From NCBI RefSeq assembly GCF_964355755.1, contig NC_092675.1, positions 18,076,912 through 18,140,911 of the forward strand: 64,000 nucleotides of DNA. The letters run 5' to 3'. The position numbers were made by a program, and so were the translations under genes. Shown here piece by piece: positions 1-11,143 of this stretch. Each line of letters opens with the position of its first letter. The stretch's first letter is position 1. The stretch comes from Antedon mediterranea (lineage: Eukaryota > Animalia > Echinodermata). The notes under the pieces are model-generated. The model did no database searches, was not told where the DNA came from, and was given only the letters and a program-made list of their open reading frames with translations.

Positions 1-92
1 ACATATATGGACATGATGATGTCATAGCACGTAACACTTGTCAAACTAGTTTGATAGTATAGACAGAGATTAATAAATCAAAATTACTGTAC

Positions 93-3000
93 CTCAGGAT
101 GAGATGCAACACAAAAGCATTGATTACCCCCACTGTACATATTTCTTATGATCATGCCCTCTCCCTCTTCAACACCCACTGGGGTCTGATTTGGTCCAAA
201 TGGTACCCATGGACCTTTGACCGTCATTGGGCTGTTGTGTGAAGCCCATGAACCTAGGCCTAGCTGACCATTGTCAGATGAACCAAAAGAGTATATTCTC
301 CCTGAAGAACATACAAACGCTAAGGTATGCTTCCTACAGGTGAAAAATGTAAAAGCATAAGTGTTATATTTTATAAAACATATAATCATGAAGTATTACA
401 GTTATTATGGGGACACTTTCAAGATTTACTGTAAGAAAGTCCCCCCCCCCCTTAATAGGGGTGTCCCCTGCGATTTTTTTACATTGAAAAGGGGTTGCTT
501 GTAGTTTTAAAAAACAAATACTTCCTCTTATTAAAACATATATTTCTTCTCGTTCGTTTCACCATAGTCAATCTATTGACTATGGTTTCAAAAGAAAGTG
601 TCCCTTTAATTAGAATGAATTGGAAAGAGCAGTTCTACTGTACAAAATATTAAAGGGAACCTTCTACAATTATCAGTGTTGTATCTGTCGGCATAGACTA
701 ATAACATTTACAAATGAATATTGAACACACACGGTGAAGATATATTTTTGATTGGTCCTGAAAATTTTCTGGATTTTTTTCTTTTGGAGTGCTAGAATAC
801 AAACCTGCCACATACAACTTGTGTAACAGTGCTCCCCATAAGTTCTATAACCTTCTTTGGGTTGATTTCATCTGTATTTACATTGTGTCCAAGCTGTCCA
901 TTAGTGCCATCACCAAAGGTAAAAACACCTCCATTCTGTTGGGAAAAAAACAATTTAGATACTAATTTCTTCAATATAAGGCAAAACAAAGTCTCTACAG
1001 ACATTTTAGCTTCATTATATATGCAATATTGAGAAATGGGGTCGAGGGTCAAATTTCATACTTCCGGTCAATTTTTTTTTAAATGTTTCATTGGAGCAAA
1101 TATAATTACGTACATTCTGAATACGGTTGTGAAAAAATCAACTCTCTAGCATTAGTGGTTTCAAGATATAGGACAACTGTAATTTTTCCCGCTTATTTGC
1201 ATATTTTATTTAAATTTTACTAGTAATTTGCATACTTTTGAGGTGTGTGACAAAGGTGTGATTTTGGGAATTACAAAGTGGTCCTATGCTGGCTATTAGG
1301 AACCTATGCCTGGGTCATTTGAGGGCAAAGTAAAGTCTCTACAGACATTTTAGTCACACTGTGTATGCAAACATTGAGAAATGGGGTCGAAGGTCAAATG
1401 TTGTACTTCCGGTCACTTTTTCGTAAAATGTTTCATTAGAGTAAATATAAATATATACATTTTGAATTAATCAGTGAAATCAACTCTCTTGGACTATTAG
1501 TTTTTGAGATATGGTAACCCTGTAATTTCATCCTAATTTGCATATTTAAGCTAATTTGATCAAATTTTGATCTCCTCATTATATAGTAGAGAGGCCAAAT
1601 ACACAAAAGTCCTCTATAAAAAGTTTGGGGGGCATTTTTTGTTAATAGCAGGCAACCATGTTGAATGTATCCTTTGTGGGTGACAAAACCGATAGGGGTG
1701 GATGCCATCTTCAATTTTGAGTTTTAAGGTCAGTTTATGTGGTCAAGAGGTCAAACAAGGTCAATTTATAGAATTTTTATTTTATTCACGGAAAATCATC
1801 TACATCATCAGGTCCATCCAAAAAAAAAGATTTCTGAAGATCAACTGATGTTTCATATTATATATTATATATACTGATGAAAGTAAAGTAATTATGAGAT
1901 AAACATTTTATTTTACACATAAAAACATAGGAAATTAAATATAAAAGTGTCATTTTCTCAAAATGTTGTTTTCACATACTTCTGTAAAGTACACAGTTTT
2001 ATAATAGGCTTTCGATCCCCAGTCTGTTGTTAATTTGTCTTTTTTATCTATAAGCGATTTAACTATGGCAGATATACACAGGGTTGTTATTTGGGACAGT
2101 AAAGGCCAATTTACACAGACGAGCGGTAACGGTAATAAAAATATAGAATGTTATTCATTAAGAGCATTTAAACACGGAAGGACGGGCGGCTAGATACAGA
2201 TTCTATGTGGAACAAATTATGCGGTTTTTCGCTTACCATAACCGCTAGTCTGTGTAAATTGGCCTTAGGAATTAAATCATTACCGAAGTCAACATAACTG
2301 AATGGTTCTCCCCACAAGCTATGTATTTAACTTGCTGTGATCGAAGGCTCTTCAGATGAGTTGGAGCAAGATGATCTGAAATTAAAAGATTGATAAAAAT
2401 CAATAGAGCTGGACAATAAACAGTATATCAATCAACAAACCATTCCTAAATTTGGACCGGTGATGAGGAACGAACTCCCGTCGGTGATCCGGGAGCAAAC
2501 CACGGTTTTAAAATTTAAAAAAGCCCTCAAAACACATCTATTTCCTAAGAAGTGACTCATTGTTGGGTGTGCTGATGTAAAGCGCTTTGATCATTTTATA
2601 CTAATTTGGAAAAGCGCTATATAAATAAAATAATAATAATAATAAATGGGCATTCTAGTGTGTTTCTATCTATGTGTCAATTAGGTCAGTAGTGCAAAGT
2701 TTTGTACACTATCAAACTAGTTTTACAAAAACAATGTGCTGTGCCCAAATATTGAAGTGATATGAAATCATCATGTCCATAAATATGGGCACATCACATG
2801 TTTGTCACATAAAGTTTGATAGTGTAGACAGAGCTAATAAAGTTTAATGTTGGGGCTTGCAGTTGGGGTTTACTGTTACCAAATCTTACGACTGTATTGA
2901 CTATTATTTTTTTTTACATGAAAATTAATACCTCAGTTTAATTAAAGTGACCTTTTAATTTAAACAGAAATGCACTTATTGCAAGCCAGTATACCATAAG

Positions 3001-6000
3001 TGCCATAGAATGAGATACCATCAAGTAAAGTATCTTTAAAATGTTTCAAAATACTCAGACAAACACTACATTAATTCTAAAACAAAATACTATAATATCC
3101 AAGACAAAATCAGAATGTAGCAACATTTATAGTGATGATAAAGTAAGGTTTGAAGTAATTCCTAAAGGAGAAGGAAGTTGGTGATATCTTGATGTTATTA
3201 CAATCATTTTTTTTAATATAGTGGTGAATGGCAGTTTTTTTTTTATTTCATATGCAACAGCGAGCCAATTCTATTATACAATAAACTATTGCTTATAAAC
3301 TTAGTCAAAAAAAAAAAAGAGTCACAAGTTGGCACTAGGTCAGGATTGAACCTTGGGATTGGAAGCCAATCCACTACACTTATACTAAAAGTCAATAAAT
3401 AGGCTACTTAAGGTGGACAAAAAAAACTTCACCCAACCGACAAATAAACTGTAAAATAAAGTACCTTTTCTGTCATTTAAACCAAGCTGTCCAAAGTTGT
3501 TGTATCCCCAGCCAAATACGGCACCACTGACAGTCAAGGCAAATGAGTGCCAACCTCCACACACAATCTGCTTAAACGCAAGACCATTCAAGCATAGCAC
3601 CTCAATGGGACTGGAACATAATAAACGGGGTGAACCAGCATGGCCTAGCTGTCCATATTTGTTAGAACCCCAAGAAAATATCTTTCCCTCTGCAAAACAA
3701 AAATATTAAATTTGTACGAAAGCTAAAATCAAATGGCAATTAATAAAAAAAAAAAAAGACAAGCCACTGTATTCGATACTTAAAATTATTATCATTAAAC
3801 AGTTTTAAAATGCACTGAAAATCATTGAATCCATTAAAAAAGAAAAATAATCAATTCCTCAAGTTCAAAATTAAATGAACAATTATTAACTAAAGACATT
3901 ACCATGTCTAAAGCCTAAACTAAATACTAATTCAATCAATGAAGTATTCATCAAATTTGTAATTCATTTATTTTGTTGACTGAAGAAGGTAGCTTTTAAT
4001 ATTCAAAATACATGTTACGTAATCTGTAACCCATCCACCAATGGATGGGCACCATCTAATTAGTGAGATATGACGTCTTTGTGACCTGATTGTGATGTGA
4101 CAATTCAGGCAGAGAGAAAGAAAATGATTTGAAAAATACATTTTTCGCAAACAAATTGCTGTTCCAACATAGCTCAATGGGTGAAACAAAATTAAAAAGT
4201 GTCCCAATTCGAACGGTGCGAGTATTGGTTAGTGCAGTTTAGGAGAGAATAAGCTAACACATTTTGGGTTAGTTTTATTTTAATATTGAGAATCTATGCT
4301 ATATTTATGTCGAAGATAAAGTTGAAATATAACATCAAGAATATGTTAAATGTATTTAGCTATACATTACAGTGTGATGATGCATCATTAATGTGAAGCT
4401 ATCAAAGTCAAAGGAAATGATTAAAAGTAGGCATAGTAACAGGAAGACATTGAAAATTAGTATGCATTAATATAATTATTGAAAGCATACAGAGAGGAAA
4501 CTGTTCTGTAAAAGTAGTATAGCTTATATTATAAATAATCAGAGATGTATAATAGAAGAGAACATTGAATAGAAGAAAAACCCATCGACTAATCTAAAAA
4601 ATCCTTCTGTGCTGTAAAGAGTAGTACAGTCATGAATTTATAAGTCCATATTAGTATGGTTTATATAATGCTAGATTAGAATGTATAATAGATGAGAGGA
4701 TTATATAGAAGAAAAAACCATTGACAAATTTAAAAATCCTTCTTAGAAAGAGTTTTGTTCTGCAAAAAGTTGTACAGTAGTTTATATATTGTTTGATAGC
4801 AAAAAAATAGAAAGGAGCATTGTATAGATCAAAACAATTTTGACTCAGTTCAGTTCAGTTTTATTCGGTTCACTCAAAAATACAAAGACAAACATAACAG
4901 AAAAAAAAAAAGCACAAGATAACAATATTAAAAGAATGAACCGAGGAATAACCCAAGAAAGTTTAAATGAAAACTTATTTCCATTGGGGTCCTCAGACTA
5001 ATCTAAAAAAATCCTTCTTGAAAAGAAGCCAAGCCAATTTACAATTGTAATGTTGAGGTTAGAGTTCATGAAACCTTCTATCAATTGTATGCAGATCCGG
5101 AGATGCTGTTTTACATTAATTATTAATAAATAAAGTTAGGAGGAATGATTTTAAAATAAATGGAACTCCAATAGGTTTGCTTGGGTATAATAGTTTACAT
5201 TCAAAATGTCTAAACTTGTATAGAAAAAATAACACATTACATTCCAATCAGCAATGGCCTCATGACTATCACTTTTCAATATCATATTCTTATGTATGAT
5301 TTTCTTAATGAGCCCTAGCTAATGAACTACAATGTCAAAAGAGACTTTTATCTGGTATTTACAGTGTATTTTTGTCACTTACCTTTCGTAAGAGCTATAG
5401 AATGGTGTGAACCACATGAAACTTGAATGACAAAGTGATTTGATAAAGATTTGATGACTCTAAAAAATAATGACACGATAAAATTACATATAGTGTAGTA
5501 ATGCTCTTAAAAGGGCACCACCTCCACTAGCATACCATAGATTTATACACTGAGACCGACAAGTTACTGAGAAGCATAACAGAAAGCAAAAACAATAAAC
5601 AAAAAAGAAAGTTTTTAATAAATGTATATTATAATGAATAATACTGTCAAATCATAGAAACAATGCTCATATTCGGAACATGTACTCATAATCGCGTCGA
5701 GCATAGCTCATCGGCGAAAGTTTCGTACTTTTTAGTTGTACCTGCAACCTCTCGCTTATAAGGTGAGTATCATTCCGTTAGACCATATTTAGCAATAAAC
5801 ACAATTATTAAAATTATTAAGAGAGCTGTTACTTTTTTCTTTTCAAGTCTGTTCATTAGATGTTGGAAGTTCTATTTTGATGTCTCTTCATCCAGGTTCA
5901 CCTAGGGTTTGAAAGGGCTACTAGTGATAATAATCTGAAATAATACTTATAATACCATCCATTCTCAGACATAAATTGGATGAAAATACTCTTTAAAAAA

Positions 6001-6944
6001 ATATCATTATCAATGTTACCTTGGTTTACTTTTGGACTTGATTTGAAAGTCCATTGACCCTTGACCACATTGTCCCTCATTGTTCCGACCCCAACTCAAA
6101 AGTTGACCTCTGTCATTGACAACAACATTGTGCGCTTCTCCACAACTAGCTTGAATTACTGAGAAGGTTTCAAGTGCCTTAATTTGTTCTATAGACAACA
6201 AAGCATACATTTTTAATGAAGATCAATAATAAATTTCCTTAAATATTACAATTTTAGTTACTTAAATAAGCAAACTTATTATGGAATGATTATTATGAAA
6301 TCAAAAGCATTGTACACTAACAAAACGGCAGATTTTTTTTAGAAAAAAACTTTTTTTAACATGACGGCTTTTTTTTTTTTTTTTTTTTTTTAGAAATGCA
6401 GTTTTTTAATGACACTCATCAGTTATTTTAGGTCGATATCTATCTATTGGTAAATGGATGATGACCTATGACCTAAGACCATATTGAAATTGGCCATTAT
6501 GTGCATCTGCAAAAACTCTATTTAGGAATCAAGTGAGAAATCACAAGAAACTACAAGCAAAATGTCCTGTATCCACACAAAGAATTAACACGATTTAACT
6601 AGGTACCAATTCTTTGCTCCATTTTATATTTTTCATTTAATCCTTTGAAGGAAACAATCATTCAGGACCCTCAATAAAAGTATATAAATTCTGTACATGA
6701 TGCTATGCTAACCTGGGATGTCACCAGTCTTATCATATCCCAGCTGACCTTGGTCATTACTTCCGCAGCTATACACAGTACCATCTTCCAGTACAAAGAG
6801 TGTGTGCCATTGACCACAGGCAATTTGCCGGATGACACGATCCCGGAAATGTGTTACATCTACAGGATTCAAAGTGTCTCCATCTTCCTGATGGCCTATG
6901 CCAAGTTGATGATTCCTGTTTGATCCCCAACTGTAGATTTTCAT
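93..6944 (-). CDS. HERC4: HERC3/HERC4-like E3 ubiquitin ligase, N-terminal RCC1-like domain exons (partial; continues beyond the left edge)
   Basis: Phase-consistent GT-AG exons 6944-6713 (ATG; acceptor at 7034), 6188-6020, 5459-5383, 3689-3465, 2375-2284, 935-805 and 333-93. They encode successive RCC1 repeats (e.g. MKIYSWGSNRNHQLG, IACGQWHTLFVLEDGTVYSCGSNDQGQLG, ASCGEAHNVVVNDRGQLLSWG, VFTFGDGTNGQLGH..NPKKVIELMGSTVTQVVCGRKHTLAFV..SGRIYSFG...GQLG..SPMTVKGPW), closely matching the small-HERC N-terminus as I recall it. The HECT domain is not in the window. Confidence 0.88.
988..1560. repeat. Imperfect direct duplication (~230-bp blocks at ~988-1230 and ~1332-1560), probably internal to a non-autonomous transposon
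   Basis: AAAGTCTCTACAGACATTTTAG...TTGAGAAATGGGGTCGA..GGTCAAAT...TACTTCCGGTCA...AATGTTTCATT...AAATCAACTCTCT occurs twice. Confidence 0.6.
2102..2266. mobile_element. MITE, PIF/Harbinger-like
   Basis: ~33-bp TIRs AAGGCCAATTTACACAGACGAGCGGTAACGGTAA / TTACCATAACCGCTAGTCTGTGTAAATTGGCCTT; no coding capacity. Confidence 0.7.
2466..2646 (+). mobile_element. 5'-truncated L2/CR1-clade LINE 3' end
   Basis: Translates NELPSVIREQTTVLKFKKALKTHLFPKK*, the typical L2 ORF2 C-terminus (WNxLP..IR....FK..LKTxLF). It is followed by TGTAAAGCGCTTTG...AAAAGCGCTATATAAAT and an (AAT)n tail. Confidence 0.8.
2697..2835. mobile_element. Copy of an abundant ~150-bp palindromic MITE family (TIR AGCTCTGTCTACACTATCAAACT)
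   Basis: Same family at 1-69 (partial), 28146-28480, 31961-32106, ~53778-53937, 61236-61398 and 61801-61961; shared core TGTGATGTGCCCATATATGGACATGATGATGTCATATCACTACCATATTTGGG. Confidence 0.8.
4480..5030. repeat. Degenerate ~135-bp tandem triplication, third unit interrupted by a LINE 3'-tail fragment (~4846-4995, minus strand, (ACTGA)n tail)
   Basis: ATGTATAATAGA...TAGAAGAAAAA.CCAT.GAC.AAT.TAAAAATCCTTC recurs; the insert is flanked by GACT/GACT and ends AATAAAACTGAACTGAACTGA on the minus strand. Confidence 0.55.
5735..5792 (-). pseudogene. Degenerate tRNA-Pro-like sequence (tRNA pseudogene or SINE head)
   Basis: Minus strand TGGTCTAACGGAATGATACTCACCTTATAAGCGAGAGGTTGCAGGTACAAC resembles metazoan tRNA-Pro (TGGTCTAGGGGTATGATTCTCGCTT...GCGAGAGGTCCCGGGTTCAA); the B box, anticodon and acceptor stem are broken. 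Confidence 0.5.
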
Positions 6945-7471
6945 AAGGGCAGTTGAGATTCAAAACCCTTGGTGGAAAACTGTAGGCCTACGTCATTCAA
7001 AACTGGCTTAGAGTCTCTGTTGCATAAATTGAATCTGAAAGAAAAACTGAAACATAAATATGAACTACAAATTATTATTGTATACATTTTTCTTCTTGGT
7101 GTAAAAAAAAAATCACGCAAATGGTTTAGTTAAATATTAAAAAATGATAAATGGATTCAGTAAATTCACAATTAGTGATTCATAATGTAGCTACTTCTAA
7201 TACTATAATATGCCTACATGTCTGCAAGGCTAGTTCTATAGACCGCACTGCTGGAGGACCTGATGGTTTACAATGGTCACGTTTGAAATCGGTCTTATTT
7301 AATTTTGGTCACACTAAAATCAACTGTCAGCATTTGTATGGCACGTCGCTATCTATGCTATGATGTCATTGGCACTTGAAATCGGCGGCGTTTTATAGTG
7401 CTTGTGCTATTTTGTATGGGGCGCAATATACATTTTGGTCATAGATTTATTATTAGATTTACACTTTCTGT

Positions 7472-8013
7472 GATGTATTGTCCCTTGAAACACAAAAAAT
7501 GAAGGTCAAAATATTCTAAATTTAAATTGGCCATATCAAAGTAATATTAAATTTGTTTACTTTAAGTCGAAAATTCGAGCCAAAAACAACAAGTTTACGT
7601 AATTTACAGGTAAATTTATTTGATTACATTTCGTCTGGAAAATCATCGCGAGCGAAAGTAAACAAAGATTTCAAACCACGAGTATGCATTATGCATGATG
7701 CTAATTAGGATTGTTTACAACTTGTCATGGTTGAGAAGGTATTTTCACACAGATTGCGAGAAAGTTTTATGATTATGCATACAGAGTAGCCAAACAAACG
7801 CGTTGCATTATAAGATGTTTTGATCGAAAACTGTGACTGGAAGTCAAAGTTATTTTTTGAACAAAAAAACGTCTGTATTTCAGTTTAATGATTTTTTTTT
7901 CGACTAATTTTTGGTGAAAGTTAATAACTATTATGATACTTAAAAATGACCCACTTTTTTTCGAAATCTATTTTTTTGATTTTTTTGGAATTTGTCAAAG
8001 GGACAATACATCT
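7472..8013. mobile_element. Non-autonomous DNA element with GATGTATTGTCCCTT termini, Kolobok-like
   Basis: GATGTATTGTCCCTTG (~7472) is inverted relative to AAAGGGACAATACATCT|TTAA (~7997-8017); the right end fits an AG..CT/TTAA structure, the left end is eroded. Confidence 0.45.
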
Positions 8014-8607
8014 TTAAATTTGTCAGTGAAATGATCATATTGAGGTTGGTAGTGTTGGTGTTTTTGATGAAGAGATTCCCCTTATAAATACACGCACTTC
8101 TGTCAATCTAGAAACGGCGAAAACTAGCCCAATTAGCACAACCCATATCAAATGCAACCGATATTATGATAACATATCTAACACTAACAGTGCTTCATAC
8201 AAAATACCGGCGATTAAAATTAACGATTTCAACTGTTAGTGTTACCGATATCTTTCACTAGGCCTAGAGACTTAGCCTAGACCTGATGAGAGGGCACACA
8301 TTCTGATGACAACCAAAACTAGTTATGACAAGAAGGTAGCCCTCTAGGCCTAGGTCCTCCTAGCTAGGCATGGCATAGCCTAGCTAGGCTTATGGACTAT
8401 AATTAAATAAGGGCCTAAGCTTAGACTTAGCCTAGGCCTACCTAGGCCTAGATAGATAGGGATAGATAGTAGGCCTAAGGGTAGGCCTACCTCATCCTTC
8501 CTAACTAGGCCTAGGCATCATAGGAGGCCTACCCTACTACTAGGCTAGCCTAGCTAGCTAGGCCTAGGGCGAATAACAACACATTTAGTACAAAAGTATG
8601 GCAACCA

Positions 8608-10130
8608 GGCGCTAATGCAGTTTCGTACCCACCCCTTAAAATTACTCAAAATGATTTCAATACTTCATCTAGCCTACTCACGAGTTGTCTACAGCATTCA
8701 GCAAGCATAAAATGGTAAAATATCGATAATTTCTTATTTATAACTATCTTTAATCAATTAATAATTGAGCACCCTTCAGAAATCCATCGCCAGCTTAGCT
8801 TCGCGAAAATCATCGCTAGGCCTGCCGATGAAAGTACGGAGGCCTCATAGGGCATCGATCTATAGAGGACACTGTTATGATCATATTATGGCGATAATAA
8901 AATAATTTTTACATGTTCCTCGTGAAACGGATTTTAAGTTTTTTTCATAAAGAAATATTTTGTGTTTAATTATGTTGTTAATTTTTAGAACTTCTATTTA
9001 TTTTGAATATTGTGTGTTATTGTCTTGTCAAATTATATTTTTTGTAAGGGTCCCTAATGATCAGCTTCGGCTGGATAGACCACCCTCATAAAATATTGTT
9101 GAAATAAATTAATGAATAGTTGCTTCATTATGTAATGTTTTATTTGATTTTATTTTAATAAACACAACAGGAAAGAAGATAAAAAAGAAGAAATGAAAGA
9201 CATGAAATGATGTATTCAGTGTCAGCAGAAGTAAAATAAATTCTAGTAATTGATGGAAAACATTTTTATTATAATTATTGTATTACTGTACATTACATTT
9301 CAATAAATTATATCTTTCTGTTTTTGTTGCATTTCCTATTTCCATGTATTTGAAGAGGTCTTTCATAGGTGAATAAAAAATGTTAATTAATAATAATATA
9401 CTTCTATAAAATCTTAAAACAGGGAAACCATTAGCGTTTCTAGTATAGCTAGTGATAACAAATACTAAAACAATTAATTCGTCATAGCTTGATTATTGTG
9501 TTATAACATTAACAATGTAACTCAGGAATGAAGTACTGTAATTCTTTTTATTCATTTCATTTATTTATTTGACCTACAAACCATAATGTAAAATAAACTA
9601 AAACAGAGGAAAATTGGTCAGTACTTATATCTTCAAGAGTCAGCAGTTCCATATTTATCTTCTTTTATGTGTGAAATTCTACTAGTAAAATGAAAGAACA
9701 AATTAAAAACATAACATAATTATGATGATACCCACAATGATGAATACAGCAATTGTATAGTAGTACTTTTCTTTATTAAAAATACGAAACGCATGTCGGA
9801 AATAATGAAAATTATAATTATTTGGTGCGTGCTTTAAACGTTAGTAACTACGCCCTCTATAGAACGCAACTGTTTACTCTATTAATAGAGTTAATGTCCT
9901 GTGAGGCCTCCGTACTTTTATCGGCAGGCCTAGCGATGATTTTCGCGAAGCTAAGCTGGCGATGTATTTCCGAAGGGTGCTCAGTATTAATTGATTAAAA
10001 ATAGTTTTAAATAAAAAAATTTCGATTTTTTACAATTTTATGATTGCAGAATGTTGTAGACAACTCGTGAGTAGGTTGGATGAAGATTTTGAGTAATTTT
10101 AAGGGGTGGGTACGAAACTGCATTAGCGCC
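8608..10130. mobile_element. 1523-bp element with ~250-270-bp terminal inverted repeats and a 6-bp flanking direct repeat (CAACCA)
   Basis: 8608-~8877 is the near-identical reverse complement of ~9846-10130 (GGCGCTAATGCAGTTTCGTACCCACCCCTTAAAATTACTCAAAAT...). CAACCA lies at 8602-8607 and 10131-10136; the interior is AT-rich and non-coding. Confidence 0.7.
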
Positions 10131-10345
10131 CAACCACTCATGGACATACCACAGATTGTGTTATTTTTCTGCTTGGCAGCTAGGCTAAAATGTTATGAAG
10201 ACAGAACCGACAGAATAACCCAGAGCTCTCAGGCCTCCTAACGGTCTCTGGGCCGTGATCAATCAAGAAACTTAAACCAGTCTAGCGCCATCTATTTTGC
10301 CCTCTAAAAAAAAAAGTATTACGTAACCATTGATGTGTGATTTTA

Positions 10346-10444
10346 GGGGAATTTCCAAAAATATATTTATATTGCAAGTACAGTCATTATATTGTTTCTT
10401 TTGGTAATAAAGCCCACTGTAAGCAGTCTCTTAATAGTTTTGTG
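10346..10444 (+). promoter_or_regulatory. Candidate promoter and non-coding first exon of the TNIP-like gene with an NF-kB site
   Basis: GGGGAATTTCC at 10346-10356 (kB consensus GGGRNWYYCC), AT-rich TATATTTAT at ~10362, Inr-like ACAGTC at ~10380, strong donor TG|GTAAGT at 10445, then an AGGCCTAG-rich tract; next acceptor at 11140. Confidence 0.5.
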
Positions 10445-11143
10445 GTAAGTATATATGGCATATACATTTTCAACAGCATATATTTACCTTGATCATTTTG
10501 TTTTAGGCCTAGGCCTACCTAGCTAGGCCTAGGTATGTACGTAGGAAGGAGCGGCCGCAACGTGACCTTCTCTGCCTAGTAGTACCATATAAGCCTATAG
10601 TTAGATTCTTGAATGTATACGAAATTTATGCACTGTTTTTTTTTTGTGTTTGGAATATGTGTTAGTTATGAATTATTAAATTTAATCCTGTGTAGTTATA
10701 TGTTTTTTTTCTGTCCTATTATCATGCATCATAATAGTGTATATTAATGAGAGATTTTAGATTCAGCAGTAAGTAAACCATATTTCAAAATTATTCTACT
10801 ACAGTAACTACATTGTGTTTACTCTTCAATCTGTTTATGCAATTATTTAGCAAGCTTTTGAGGGTAATCATGCACACTGTTTAATGCAGTGACTGCCTCA
10901 TGTAACTTCTAGATTTAAGGATACAAACATTATACTGTACAGTAACTTAACTGCAGTCGAGGAATTGACGTGATCCCTAACTACAATTTTGGAGTTTAAT
11001 ATCTTCTATTTTTAGACAAAGGGACAAAACCTATTGTATTGAATATACTAATATGTTCCTGTTGTATTGTGATTTGTGGCCTTTGTGAAAGTTAACTTTT
11101 AACCTTGTAACATATATTTTTTTCTTAAACCTAAAAATAGAAA

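Noticed and set aside
7306-8247. Possible Merlin-like element with GGTCACACTA / TAGTGTTACC ends
   Set aside because: Terminal similarity is weak and there is no target-site duplication.
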